Assembly (NCBI GenBank): GCA_903923205.1
Contig: CAIXXC010000413.1
Location: 6,524 to 70,523 of the forward strand
Reading direction: 5' to 3'
Length of the DNA: 64,000 bases
Source of the DNA: an uncultured Rhodospirillales bacterium
GTDB taxonomy: Bacteria; Pseudomonadota; Alphaproteobacteria; ATCC43930; CGMCC-115725
The notes under the pieces are model-generated. The model saw nothing but the letters and a program-made list of their open reading frames with translations. It was not told where the DNA came from and made no database searches. Positions 37,958-48,210 of the stretch are shown here, piece after piece. A program made the position numbers and the translations under genes. Every line of letters begins with the position of its first letter. Position 1 is the first letter of the stretch.

Positions 37958-40381
37958 GTGACCCGATACCTTGACCTGATCGCTGCCCAGCAAGACATTG
38001 AGCCCCTTGCCCTAGCGTGCTTCGTCTGCATCCTCGCGACGTTTACGGGCTTTTCCCTGTTCGAACGCGCAACCATGACCTCAGGATTGTTGCGTCGTGG
38101 TTGGGTCGCCGGAAGCGCAATTGCAATCGGGGCCGGGTTCAGTACCTCCGATTATATTGATATCCTGTCCCGACAATCGGCAGCGGAGTTGTCGCGCAGT
38201 CTCCATGTCATGATCGGCAGCACGGCGATCTTGATCCTGATGATTTCAGCCGGGCTCTCCTTGGCAATCCGCTTCCGCCGTCCGGGAGCGATCATCGGCG
38301 GCAGCCTGGTTGGCCTGGGGGTGGCTGGCAGTGCGGCGGTCGGCCTGATGGCACTTTATCCCGAATCGCGTGCCATCCTTGCCGTGGGCGAACCGCTGCT
38401 GATCTGGCCGATTTCCATCTTTCTGGGCGCGATCGCAACTTACCTCGTACGGCGTCGTCACTCCCTGCTCGACCGCTTTACGGCGTCGATCGCACTCGCA
38501 CTTGCGATCCTTGTCACCAATCTCGTGCTGGCCAAGGCTGTCGCATCTGGCGCTCCACTCACCACGACGGCGGAACTCCTTGTTGATCGCGACAGCCTGG
38601 CGCTCGTGATCACGCTGGTGGCGACCGCCTTTCTCGGTCTTGGTCTTTTCGGCGCGATCCTCGATCATTCGCTGGCGACCCGGGCATTGCGCGAGGAGCA
38701 ACGCCTGCGCGACAGTGAACGCCGGTTCCGCCTTCTTGCCGACGCCACCTTCGAGGGGATCGTGATCCATGAAGGCGGCAAAATTCTGAACACGAACGCC
38801 GCCTTCTGTGCGCTGATGAGGTTGAACCCGAACCAGATCATCGGCGTGGAAATGGAGATGTTCATCCCGAAGGAGTTCCGCAATCGCCTGCACCAGGTGC
38901 TTGAGAACACCAGCTTCGAGCCTGAGGAACTTTCACTGATTGTGGCCAATGGTGACCGGCTTCCGATCGAAATCCTGCAGCGCGAGATTGATTTCGAGGG
39001 CCGTAGCACCGGTGTGATCGCGATCCGCGACATCTCGGAGCGCAAGCTCGCGGCCGAGCGTATCCGCTACCTAGCACATCACGATATGCTGACCGGACTG
39101 CCCAATCGTGTGCTTCTCAACGACCTCCTTGGCGCCAAGCTCAACGATCTCGACCTTGGCAACGACAAGGTCGGTGTGCTGCATCTCGATCTCGACCGTT
39201 TTCGACAGACCAACGAAATTCATGGCACCGCTGTTGGCGACCGGGTGCTGCGCACGATCACTGAGCGACTGCACGAATGCCTGCGCGGTCATGACTACGT
39301 AGCCCGCATCGGCAATGATGAATATGCCGTGATCCTGAACGATATCGATCGCCCGGAGGCGGCGGCCCAGGTGGCTGAAGCGCTGATCAGAGCAATTGCC
39401 CGTCCGATTGAGGTGGTCGGGCTCGACCTTGAAAGTAGCACCTGCATCGGCATCGCCATTGCGCCCGATGACGGCACGACGCCCGAACAGATACTGCGCA
39501 ACGCCAGCCTTGCCCTGCAAAAAGCGAAGGAAGCCGGCAAAGGCGTGTTCCGGTTCTTCGAAGCATCGATGGACGACCGCCTGCGCGCCAGACGGATGCT
39601 GGAGCGTGACCTCAAGCAGGCGATCGAAACCCGCCAGATCGAAGTCCATTATCAGCCGCTCTACTCCTCATCAAAGAACAGCCTGATCGGCTTCGAGGCA
39701 TTGGCCCGCTGGAACCATCCGCAGCACGGCCAGATACCGCCTACAGACTTCATTCCCGTCGCCGAGGAGAGCGGGCTTATCATTCTTCTCGGTCAGGCCG
39801 TGCTTTGGGCGGCATGCGCCGAAGCCGCGACCTGGGCCGCGCCACTGCGCGTCGCCGTCAACCTCTCGCCGGCACAGTTTCGCCATCCCGGCCTGGTCGA
39901 TTCTGTCCGCGCGGTTCTTGACGGCACCGGTCTGGAGCCGGAACGGCTCGAACTCGAAGTCACCGAAAGCGTGCTGATCGAAGAAACCGGCCACGCCCTG
40001 GTCACGATGCAGCGCTTGAAGAAAATGGGACTTCGCCTGGCGCTTGACGATTTCGGTACCGGTTATTCCAGCCTGAGCTATCTCCACCGTTTTCCCTTCG
40101 ACAAAATCAAGATCGACCGCTCCTTCGTCGCCGCGCTGGAACAAGATAGCGAAGCCATGGCGATCGTGCGCGCCGTCGTTGCCATGGGCCACAGCCTGCG
40201 TATGACGGTGACCGCCGAGGGTCTTGAAACTCAGGAACAACTGGGCTTCCTGCGCGAGCTCAGCTGCGACCATCTCCAGGGTTTCTTGCTTGGCAAGCCC
40301 ATGGCCGTCGGCAAATTGTTCGACTTCATGGAGGGATCGCAGGTCAACGCTGCGCTTGAGCGGATGGCGGGCGCGGCGTAG
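37958..40381 (+). CDS. Membrane-anchored PAS-GGDEF(degenerate)-EAL signalling protein
   Basis: About 7 predicted TM segments, then a PAS domain. The GGDEF domain has an A-site GNDEY but an intact RxxD I-site (RGHD, 5 aa upstream). The EAL domain has complete catalytic residues (EALARW, NLSP, EVTES, DDFGTGYSS, KIDRSF, AEGLET, QGF). Confidence 0.85.
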   Translation: MTRYLDLIAAQQDIEPLALACFVCILATFTGFSLFERATMTSGLLRRGWVAGSAIAIGAGFSTSDYIDILSRQSAAELSRSLHVMIGSTAILILMISAGLSLAIRFRRPGAIIGGSLVGLGVAGSAAVGLMALYPESRAILAVGEPLLIWPISIFLGAIATYLVRRRHSLLDRFTASIALALAILVTNLVLAKAVASGAPLTTTAELLVDRDSLALVITLVATAFLGLGLFGAILDHSLATRALREEQRLRDSERRFRLLADATFEGIVIHEGGKILNTNAAFCALMRLNPNQIIGVEMEMFIPKEFRNRLHQVLENTSFEPEELSLIVANGDRLPIEILQREIDFEGRSTGVIAIRDISERKLAAERIRYLAHHDMLTGLPNRVLLNDLLGAKLNDLDLGNDKVGVLHLDLDRFRQTNEIHGTAVGDRVLRTITERLHECLRGHDYVARIGNDEYAVILNDIDRPEAAAQVAEALIRAIARPIEVVGLDLESSTCIGIAIAPDDGTTPEQILRNASLALQKAKEAGKGVFRFFEASMDDRLRARRMLERDLKQAIETRQIEVHYQPLYSSSKNSLIGFEALARWNHPQHGQIPPTDFIPVAEESGLIILLGQAVLWAACAEAATWAAPLRVAVNLSPAQFRHPGLVDSVRAVLDGTGLEPERLELEVTESVLIEETGHALVTMQRLKKMGLRLALDDFGTGYSSLSYLHRFPFDKIKIDRSFVAALEQDSEAMAIVRAVVAMGHSLRMTVTAEGLETQEQLGFLRELSCDHLQGFLLGKPMAVGKLFDFMEGSQVNAALERMAGAA

Positions 40382-40510
40382 TCAACCGCTCGCCGTTCCA
40401 AGGTTCGAAAGAATATTAGCGGGTCTTGGTGAGGCCATCAGATCCGCCATCTGTTGCGCCGCAGCGCATTGCGACCTATGTTCCGGGCTCAATCAGCCAG
40501 TCGCGACTCC

Positions 40511-42316
40511 ATGACCAATCTTTCGCATATCCGTAACTTCTCGATCATCGCCCATATCGATCACGGCAAGTCCACGCTGGCCGATCGCCTTATCCAGTTT
40601 TGCGGCGGCCTCGAAGCCCGTGAAATGAAGGAACAGGTGCTCGACAGCATGGATATCGAGCGCGAACGCGGCATCACCATCAAGGCACAGACCGTCCGCC
40701 TCAACTACACCGCCAAGGATGGCCAGAAATACGTCCTCAACCTGATGGACACGCCCGGGCATGTCGACTTCGCCTATGAGGTCAGTCGTTCTCTGGCCGC
40801 ATGCGAAGGCTCGCTCCTGGTGGTCGATGCCAGCCAGGGCGTCGAGGCGCAGACCCTCGCGAATGTCTATCAGGCGATCGACGCCAATCACGAGATTGTC
40901 CCCGTCCTCAACAAGATCGACCTTCCGGCGGCTGAGCCTGACCGGGTCAAGCAGCAGATCGAAGATGTCATCGGCCTCGATGCGGCCGACGCCGTGGAGA
41001 TTTCCGCCAAAACCGGCCTGAACATCGAAGGCGTCCTTGAAGCCCTCGTCGCTAGACTTCCGGCACCTGTGGGCGATGATGAAGCCCCGCTGAAGGCCTT
41101 GCTGGTCGATTCCTGGTACGACGCGTACCTGGGTGTCGTCATTCTGGTGCGGGTCAAGGATGGCGTGCTGAAGTCTGGTCAGAAGCTGCGGATGATGGCG
41201 ACCGGTGCCTCGCACACCGTTGAACGGGTCGGTGTCTTCACGCCAAAGCCGATCACGACCGGCGAATTGCGGCCGGGTGAAATCGGCTTCATCACGGCGG
41301 GGATCAAAGCCGTTGCCGACACTAAGGTCGGCGACACCCTGACCGAGGAACGCAACCCGGCGCTGGAGCCCCTGCCCGGCTTCAAGCCGGTCATCCCGGT
41401 CGTGTTTTGCGGCTTGTTTCCCATTGATGCGGCGGATTACGAGCACCTGCGGGAAAGCCTCGGCAAGCTGCGCCTCAACGACGCATCGTTCGAGGCAGAA
41501 GCCGAGACCTCGGCGGCGCTCGGCTTTGGCTTTCGCGTCGGGTGCCTGGGCCTGCTGCACCTTGAGATCATCCAGGAACGGCTGACGCGGGAATTCAATC
41601 TGGACCTGATCACGACGGCACCCAGTGTCGTCTATGACATCTACCTCAATCACGACGGCGGGATGCTGCAGCTCCATAACCCTGCCGACATGCCGGATCC
41701 ATCCAAGATCGAACGGATCGAGGAGCCCTGGATCAAGGCGACGATCCTTGTCCCGGACGAATATCTCGGCACGATTCTAGCGCTCTGCACCGAGAGGCGC
41801 GGCCAACAGATCGACCTGACCTACGCCGGCAACCGGGCGATGCTGGTCTATCGCCTGCCGTTGAACGAGGTCGTGTTCGATTTCTACGATCGTCTGAAAT
41901 CGGTCAGCCGGGGTTATGCCAGCTTCGATTACCAGATGGATGGCTACGAGCCTGGCGATCTTGTCGTCATGAACATCCTGGTCAACCACGAACCGGTCGA
42001 TGCCCTATCGACGATCGTCCATCGCAGCCAGGCCGACATGCGCGGCCGGGCGATGGTCGGAAGGCTCAAGGACCTGATACCACAGCAACTTTTCCAGATC
42101 CCGATCCAGGCCGCCATCGGTGCCCGCGTGATCGCGCGCGAGACGATCAAGGCCTTGCGCAAGGACGTGCTGGCGAAATGTTATGGCGGCGACATTTCGC
42201 GCAAACGCAAGCTCCTCGACAAGCAGAAGGAAGGCAAGAAGCGGATGCGCCAGTTCGGCAAGGTCGATATCCCGCAGACCGCCTTCCTCGCCGCGCTGCG
42301 GATGGGCGACGACTGA
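40511..42316 (+). CDS. lepA: Translation elongation factor 4
   Basis: [21 protein letters not shown]1 motif, DTPGH, NKID. Full-length LepA pattern ending in [15 protein letters not shown]. Confidence 0.95.
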   Translation: MTNLSHIRNFSIIAHIDHGKSTLADRLIQFCGGLEAREMKEQVLDSMDIERERGITIKAQTVRLNYTAKDGQKYVLNLMDTPGHVDFAYEVSRSLAACEGSLLVVDASQGVEAQTLANVYQAIDANHEIVPVLNKIDLPAAEPDRVKQQIEDVIGLDAADAVEISAKTGLNIEGVLEALVARLPAPVGDDEAPLKALLVDSWYDAYLGVVILVRVKDGVLKSGQKLRMMATGASHTVERVGVFTPKPITTGELRPGEIGFITAGIKAVADTKVGDTLTEERNPALEPLPGFKPVIPVVFCGLFPIDAADYEHLRESLGKLRLNDASFEAEAETSAALGFGFRVGCLGLLHLEIIQERLTREFNLDLITTAPSVVYDIYLNHDGGMLQLHNPADMPDPSKIERIEEPWIKATILVPDEYLGTILALCTERRGQQIDLTYAGNRAMLVYRLPLNEVVFDFYDRLKSVSRGYASFDYQMDGYEPGDLVVMNILVNHEPVDALSTIVHRSQADMRGRAMVGRLKDLIPQQLFQIPIQAAIGARVIARETIKALRKDVLAKCYGGDISRKRKLLDKQKEGKKRMRQFGKVDIPQTAFLAALRMGDD

Positions 42317-44697
42317 TGTGGCGGAGGCCGTGGCGATGGGTGCGCGCGGTAGCAGCTGCAATTATCTTCGCGGGGTCTGCCGGCGCTGGGCATGCAGCCA
42401 CACCGGCACCGATGTCGAACACGCCGCCAACGGTCATCGCCAAACCGCAACCACGGCCAGAGCCAAACGTGCCGCTACCGGCTAACGTCGCTGTCAAGCC
42501 AAGCACCGAAGACCTCAATCATCTTATCGACACGCTGCAGGACGACAAGAAGCGCGCGGAGCTGGTGCGCGAAATCCAGGCATTGGTGGCCGTCAGACAA
42601 TCGGCGGCCGCACCCGCAATTGCTTTGCCGGCGAACGGGCTTGTCAGCGAGGTCACGAGTCATTTCCGTGCCATGATCGCCGAGCTCACAGCCGCCGAGG
42701 GTGTGTTCATCGATGCCCCCGTACTCTGGACATGGTTTCGCGCCGGTATGGCAGATCCAGAGACGCGTCAGTTCTGGATGGTCGTGGCTGAAAAGCTCGG
42801 CGTGATCTTTGCGGCGGCAGTGGGGGCCGATTGGTTGGTTCGCGGCGGTCTGGCCCGCTTCCGGCGGGTCAGTCTCAGTTGGAAATACCATTCATGGTAC
42901 GGTCGTTCGGCACTCTTGCTGGTACAGTTGTTTATGGATCTGATGCCACCGCTCGCCTTTGCCAGCGTGGCGCTGCTGGCACTGCCATTCGTGAGCGCGC
43001 GTGAGACCACGACGGGCGTTACCACAATCGCGATCGAGGCATTCCTGACAGCCCGGCTGTTGATCGTCGCCGCGCGCACCTTATTGATCACACCGCGTGA
43101 GATCTCCTGGGAATTTCCGCCAATCTCAGCCGAATCGGCGTCCTATCTCTTCATCTGGACCCGGCGCTTTGTCAATTTAGGCGTCTACGGATTTTCTATC
43201 GGGACCATTGCGCCCTTGCTCGAGGTGCCCGAGCCTGTGGTCCAGACGCTTAACAAGCTGGTCGCGATGGCGATGGCGATTTTGGCGATCATGTTCGTCG
43301 TTCAGAATCGTCTTCCCGTGGCGCAATGGCTCCGTCCCAGATCGCTCCAGGCACCCGGAGAGATCGATGTCTCCGGTGACAGCGATGCAGCCGACTCACC
43401 GCCGGTAGAAGCGCCGGCGCTGGCCATCCTGACACCGCGGCACCCGGCGCTGGACTTCCTGCGCCATCGCATCGCCGATATCTGGCATGGCCTCGCGGTT
43501 GTCTATATCGCCGGGATATTTTTCGTCTATGCCCTCAAGATCGAGGGTGGATTCAGCTTTCTGTTCCGAGCTTCGGTCCTTACCGTCGCCGTCATCATCG
43601 CCGCGCGACTAGCCATCCAGGGCGCCCGTCAGGCCGCCAGACGCGGTTTCGCAATCCCGGAAGATATGAAGCGGGTCTACCCGACCCTGGAAGCCCGCGC
43701 CAACCGCTACGTGCCGTTCCTCAATTCACTCGTGGTCATGGCGATCCGGCTGTTTGTCGTCATCAACCTCTTCGAGATATGGGGCATTGGGGCCTATGGC
43801 TGGTTCACCACCACGCTTGGTGAACAGGTCACGGCCAAGTTGATCGATATCGCGATCGTCATCGGCACCTCATTTCTGATCTGGGAGACGATGAACGCGA
43901 CGATCGATCGCTATCTTGAGACCGTGGACGACAATGGTGTTCGCATCGCCAGAACCGCGCGGATGCGAACATTGCTCCCATTGCTCCGGAATGCGGCTCT
44001 GGTCGTGCTGTTGATCATCGGCGGTCTGCTGATCTTTTCGGAACTCGGCATCAACATTGCCCCGCTGCTGGCCGGTGCTGGCGTGGTCGGCCTCGCCGTC
44101 GGTTTCGGCTCCCAGGCCCTCGTCAAGGACGTCATCACGGGATTATTCATGGTGATCGAGAACACGGTGGCGGTCGGCGATCTTGTCGATCTCGGCGGTC
44201 GCGCGGGTATTGTCGAGGCGATCTCGATCCGCACCATCAAGCTGCGCGATGTCGAGGGGGCGCTCCACACCGTGCCGTTCAGCGACATCTCAACGGTCAA
44301 GAACCGCAGTAAGGAATTCGCCCATCAGGTGATCGCGGTAACGGTCGCGCGCGGCACCGATATTGAGAAGACGCTCGGCATCATGCAGGCGGTTGCCGAC
44401 GGGATGAGGGACGATCCCATCGTCGGCGCCTTCATGCTGAACACCATCGATCTGTCCGGCATTTCGGTCTTCGACAGCAATGGCGTCCAACTGAGCGGCA
44501 GGATCAAGACCTTGCCGCTTAAAAACACCGCCGTCGGCGCAGAGTACTACCGCCGCCTGGATATCGCCTTCGCCGAGGCCGGCATCAACCTGCCGAGTTC
44601 CCAGCGCATCATCAGTTTCGGTGACGATGTCGCTCCCCTGATCGATCGCTTGCGGCAGGTGCCGACGACCACGGTTCCCGAACAGCCCGGCGTGTAG
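42316..44697 (+). CDS. Mechanosensitive ion channel, MscS family (large MscK-like form)
   Basis: Signal-like N-terminus, multiple TM helices and a C-terminal MscS core (GFGSQALVKDVITGLFMVIENTVAVGD). The ATG at 42316 shares one nucleotide with the lepA TGA. Confidence 0.8.
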   Translation: MWRRPWRWVRAVAAAIIFAGSAGAGHAATPAPMSNTPPTVIAKPQPRPEPNVPLPANVAVKPSTEDLNHLIDTLQDDKKRAELVREIQALVAVRQSAAAPAIALPANGLVSEVTSHFRAMIAELTAAEGVFIDAPVLWTWFRAGMADPETRQFWMVVAEKLGVIFAAAVGADWLVRGGLARFRRVSLSWKYHSWYGRSALLLVQLFMDLMPPLAFASVALLALPFVSARETTTGVTTIAIEAFLTARLLIVAARTLLITPREISWEFPPISAESASYLFIWTRRFVNLGVYGFSIGTIAPLLEVPEPVVQTLNKLVAMAMAILAIMFVVQNRLPVAQWLRPRSLQAPGEIDVSGDSDAADSPPVEAPALAILTPRHPALDFLRHRIADIWHGLAVVYIAGIFFVYALKIEGGFSFLFRASVLTVAVIIAARLAIQGARQAARRGFAIPEDMKRVYPTLEARANRYVPFLNSLVVMAIRLFVVINLFEIWGIGAYGWFTTTLGEQVTAKLIDIAIVIGTSFLIWETMNATIDRYLETVDDNGVRIARTARMRTLLPLLRNAALVVLLIIGGLLIFSELGINIAPLLAGAGVVGLAVGFGSQALVKDVITGLFMVIENTVAVGDLVDLGGRAGIVEAISIRTIKLRDVEGALHTVPFSDISTVKNRSKEFAHQVIAVTVARGTDIEKTLGIMQAVADGMRDDPIVGAFMLNTIDLSGISVFDSNGVQLSGRIKTLPLKNTAVGAEYYRRLDIAFAEAGINLPSSQRIISFGDDVAPLIDRLRQVPTTTVPEQPGV

Positions 44698-44722
44698 CCG
44701 GACTATTCAGGTAATCGTCGTA

Positions 44723-45346
44723 TTAGGCCGCGTCTACCGCCTGGGCTACCTGACCTTCGGCCGTCTGCATGGCTTGGGCGACAGCGGCTTCACCAAGTGC
44801 GAGACCTTCGGCGCGAACGACAGAAATATCGCGGAAACCGAGGAAGCCGAATATGCCTTGGAGATACGTCTCCTGGTGGTCATAGGGTAATGCCGGTCCT
44901 TCGCTATAGATCCCGCCACGGGCGGAAACGATGATCAGCTTCTTGCCTGCTGGCACCAGACCCTCGGGGCCCGTCGCGGTATAGCGGAAGGTTATACCGG
45001 CACGGACAATATGGTCGATCCAGGCCTTAAGAGCCGAGGGAATGCCAAAATTCCACATTGGCGCACCGATAACGATAATGTCGGATGCCAGAAGCTCCGC
45101 TGCGGCGGCATCGGAACGCTTGATCGCTTCGGCGAGTTCGGGGCTGCGCTTTTCCGGGGGGGTGAAAAAGGCGGCAATCGTGGTGCCATCGAGATGCGGC
45201 AGTGGCGCCGTGCCGTAATCATGGCTGGCGACGGTGGCACCCGGATGCTTGGCAAGCAATCCTGCGACGACGGCGGCGGTGAATTTGCGGCTGACCGAGC
45301 GCTCGCCGAGTGGGCTGCTGTCGACTTGGAGAATTTTGACGGACAT
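44723..45346 (-). CDS. azoR: FMN-dependent NADH-azoreductase
   Basis: MSVKILQVDSSPLGERSVSRK N-terminus and flavodoxin-like blocks (IVIGAPMWNFGIPSALKAWIDH). Confidence 0.85.
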   Translation of the reverse strand: MSVKILQVDSSPLGERSVSRKFTAAVVAGLLAKHPGATVASHDYGTAPLPHLDGTTIAAFFTPPEKRSPELAEAIKRSDAAAAELLASDIIVIGAPMWNFGIPSALKAWIDHIVRAGITFRYTATGPEGLVPAGKKLIIVSARGGIYSEGPALPYDHQETYLQGIFGFLGFRDISVVRAEGLALGEAAVAQAMQTAEGQVAQAVDAA

Positions 45347-45451
45347 GAGGACTCCTGAAGCTTGGTATAAACAATATACTAACTAATAGATGGATACTTT
45401 CGGGTTGAAAATAAGGCACAAATTTCTCAGTGAGTTACCCGGAGAGACGTT

Positions 45452-45856
45452 ATGGCTGATCCCCTTGCAAAACAGGGCTTTTTCAAAGGCCCGGACCACA
45501 CGAATTGCCCGATCAGCGATCTGCTTGCGAGATTGGGGGACAAGTGGAGCGTCCTGGTCATTGTGACCCTGGCAGGCAGTCCGGATCATCGCGCGCGCTT
45601 TTCCGATCTCATGCGGAACGTCACGGGGATCTCGCAACGCATGCTGACGACAACCCTGCGGCATCTGGAACGAGATGGCATCCTGACCCGCCGTGTCTTC
45701 CCCGAAGTTCCGCCTCGGGTCGAATATACTTTAACGGAACTGGGTCTGGGCCTGCTTGGGCCGGTACGCGCCCTCGTCGAATGGATTGAACAACGCTGGC
45801 CTGATATCGAACGATCAAGAGCAGATTACGATACCCGGATCGATGCCATTTCGTAG
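45452..45856 (+). CDS. HxlR-family transcriptional regulator
   Basis: CPISDLLARLGDKWSVLVI ... RMLTTTLRHLERDGILTR ... EYTLTELG is the canonical HxlR wHTH. Divergent from azoR. Confidence 0.87.
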   Translation: MADPLAKQGFFKGPDHTNCPISDLLARLGDKWSVLVIVTLAGSPDHRARFSDLMRNVTGISQRMLTTTLRHLERDGILTRRVFPEVPPRVEYTLTELGLGLLGPVRALVEWIEQRWPDIERSRADYDTRIDAIS

Positions 45857-45931
45857 CGGCGCCAGCGATCGGATGAATCAACGAGGGGCTCGCGTTCCAT
45901 CGATAGCGGCATGTATCTCATGGATGTTTCC

Positions 45932-46525
45932 CTAAGCGTCGTCCAATAATAGGTTGAGCGCTTCGGGATCTTCTGCCCTTAATACCGTCTCGGCGATACG
46001 ACGATCGAAGCCGGCGCGGGCAAGACTCGCGAGATCCTTTTGCTGGAACGACGCCCGCAATTCTGACCGTCGGTAGGGGCCAAGACGGCGGCGTCGGACG
46101 AAAGCCGCTGCGGCCGCGAGATCGTCGCCGATTTCCGACCCATCGCCGAGGACCACATCGATCACCGGCGCGGCAATGCCCTTCTCCTGCAGCTTTGCCC
46201 TGATACGATTGCGCGGCAGGCCACGCCGGTGCAGGCTCGCCGCCTTCGCCTCGGCATAGCCGGGATCGTTGAGCAACCCTGCGGCGATCCAGCGTTCTAT
46301 CAGGGTCGTGATCGCCTGAACCAGGATCGGGCTTTCCGTTGCATGGACGGCCTCTGAAAGCCTGACACGACGCATCAAAACCCGGCGCAGATGGGTCGCG
46401 GAGGCGGCGAAACGCGCAAGGTAGTTCAAACCCGCCTGCTCGAGCCGCTCCGGTGTCATCGGCGGTGCCTGGCGCGGCGTTCTGCGGGGTGTTTCCGACA
46501 CCGCCTCAGCCTCTCGACCGTTCAC
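45932..46525 (-). CDS. recX: RecX-family regulatory protein
   Basis: Three-repeat helical pattern (AGLNYLARFAASATHLRRVLMRR ... GLLNDPGYAEAKA...). The start may be the internal Met near 46459. Confidence 0.7.
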   Translation of the reverse strand: MNGREAEAVSETPRRTPRQAPPMTPERLEQAGLNYLARFAASATHLRRVLMRRVRLSEAVHATESPILVQAITTLIERWIAAGLLNDPGYAEAKAASLHRRGLPRNRIRAKLQEKGIAAPVIDVVLGDGSEIGDDLAAAAAFVRRRRLGPYRRSELRASFQQKDLASLARAGFDRRIAETVLRAEDPEALNLLLDDA

Positions 46526-47144
46526 TGTGGCGTCGGTCGTCTATGACCGGGTCCGGATAGGCATACATTTTCGGGTCAGAAAATACCTGAATCACGCTGC
46601 GATCGGATTCCTTGGCGTTCTGATCAACGATCGCAGGGACCTGTATCAGGCCCACCAGGATCATCGTCACAGTCTCGCCATCGGCCGATAATGGCAGCAG
46701 CAGTCCTTCGACAAATACCCAGTTCTTATCGCGAATGAAGAAGATAAATCCCTTGATCGCGACCGGAGCCTTCGTTTCAAACAGCAGCGTAAACAGATCC
46801 CTGATACCGGGAGCTTTGTCGCCGTGCAGGGTTTCGTCCGCCCATTTCCCGGTCGAATCCCGGCCGAGAAGCGCGACGATCGAGGTTCCGATCAGGCGAT
46901 AGCGGAACCGCAACTCATCCACACCGGGCCCCGACGCGACATCGACGAGATAAAGATGCGGAAGCAGCGGCACCATCTCGATGGGATCGAAATCGGCGCG
47001 CGTCGGCATGACACGGGTGCCCCGCTTTTCATTCCACAAATGGTAGAGCGTTATCAGATGGGCGGATCGTATCGTCGGGTCGAACATTTTCTTGAGAATG
47101 CTGGAGAGCGCAACTCGACCGCCTCGTGGGGTCGGGCCTGCCAT
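46506..47144 (-). CDS. PAS_5-type (PF07310-like) PAS domain protein of unknown function
   Basis: The pattern LYHLWNEKRGTRVMPTRADFDPIEMVPLLPHLYLVDV ... RYRLIGTSI is typical of the alphaproteobacterial stand-alone PAS family. Confidence 0.6.
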   Translation of the reverse strand: MAGPTPRGGRVALSSILKKMFDPTIRSAHLITLYHLWNEKRGTRVMPTRADFDPIEMVPLLPHLYLVDVASGPGVDELRFRYRLIGTSIVALLGRDSTGKWADETLHGDKAPGIRDLFTLLFETKAPVAIKGFIFFIRDKNWVFVEGLLLPLSADGETVTMILVGLIQVPAIVDQNAKESDRSVIQVFSDPKMYAYPDPVIDDRRHSERSRG

Positions 47145-47330
47145 CGTTAGTGATGGTCAGCAACGTAATGCCACCGGGAACAGGGTATCCCATTCCTGTT
47201 GCTGCCGATAGAGCGCAGCGGCAATCCGATAGAGCACAGTTGCGCAGGCTGGCAGAGGCAGCCTATGACCAAGCGTGCCGTCGGCAATAGAGGCGGAGCG
47301 ACAAAATCAAACAGGGATCGGGGACCCGTC

Positions 47331-48209
47331 ATGCGGAATTTCAACGAGAATACGATCACCGATGCTGTCATCGAACGGCTCGCTTTCGCCACCTCGCCAC
47401 GCGCCCGCGAAATCAGCCAAGCCCTGGTTCGCCATCTGCATGCCTTCATCCGCGAGGTCCGCCCGACGCAGGACGAATGGATGGCCGGGATCGAATTCCT
47501 GACAAGAACCGGCCATATGTGCACCGACACACGTCAGGAATTTATCCTGCTCTCCGATACGCTCGGCGTCTCGATGCTTGTGGATGCGATCAATCATGCC
47601 CACGCGGAGACCACAACGGAAACAACGGTGCTCGGGCCATTCTATCTCTCCGGCCCGCCCGAGATGCCGCTCGGCACCGATATATCCACGCAAGGCAAGG
47701 GCGATCCAATGATCGTTGAAGGCACCGTCCGCGATTCGACCGGCGCGCCGATCGCTGGCGCCTGGGTTGATACCTGGCAGGCCGATGCCGATGGCGTGTA
47801 CGATGTCCAGCGCACCACCAACGGGGCGCCGGAACTCGATCTGCGCGCCCGGTTCCGGACAGACGCCGAAGGTCAGTTCTGGTTCCGCAGCATTGCCCCG
47901 TGCTACTACCCTGTCCCAGATGATGGCCCGGTCGGCGAAATGCTGAAAGCCCAGGGCCGGCACGCCAATCGACCGGCCCATGTCCACTTCATGATCGGCG
48001 CCCCGGGTTTCGAGACCCTGGTTACCCATTTGTTCATTGCGGACAGCCCTTATATCGACTCCGATGTCGTCTTCGGCGTGAAGGACTCCCTGGTACGATC
48101 GCTTGAAACGCAACCGGCAGGGCTCACGCCCGCAGGCCATCCGGTCGACGCGCCCAGTTCCCTGCTTCGTTATGATTTCGTGCTTGCCGGAAAGAGGCAG
48201 GAGGCCTGA
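47331..48209 (+). CDS. Intradiol ring-cleavage dioxygenase (hydroxyquinol/catechol 1,2-dioxygenase type)
   Basis: The N-terminal helical linker domain (LVRHLHAFIREVRPTQDEWMAGIEFLT) and catalytic core (YYPVPDDGP, PAHVHFMI) match the family. The ATG at 47331 is preferred over the track start. Confidence 0.8.
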   Translation: MRNFNENTITDAVIERLAFATSPRAREISQALVRHLHAFIREVRPTQDEWMAGIEFLTRTGHMCTDTRQEFILLSDTLGVSMLVDAINHAHAETTTETTVLGPFYLSGPPEMPLGTDISTQGKGDPMIVEGTVRDSTGAPIAGAWVDTWQADADGVYDVQRTTNGAPELDLRARFRTDAEGQFWFRSIAPCYYPVPDDGPVGEMLKAQGRHANRPAHVHFMIGAPGFETLVTHLFIADSPYIDSDVVFGVKDSLVRSLETQPAGLTPAGHPVDAPSSLLRYDFVLAGKRQEA

Positions 48210-48210
48210 A

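Noticed and set aside
40454-40510. N-terminal extensions of track ORFs: lepA 40454, MscS 42178, dioxygenase 47199, P450 48103, thiolase to 51026, methyltransferase 51382, DUF1329 52892, StyC-like 60091, tsaE 18911, amgK 19447, nirB 11056, GST 31058.
   Set aside because: The extensions overlap upstream genes or lack homology-like sequence. Internal ATG/GTG codons with SD sequences give family-typical N-termini.
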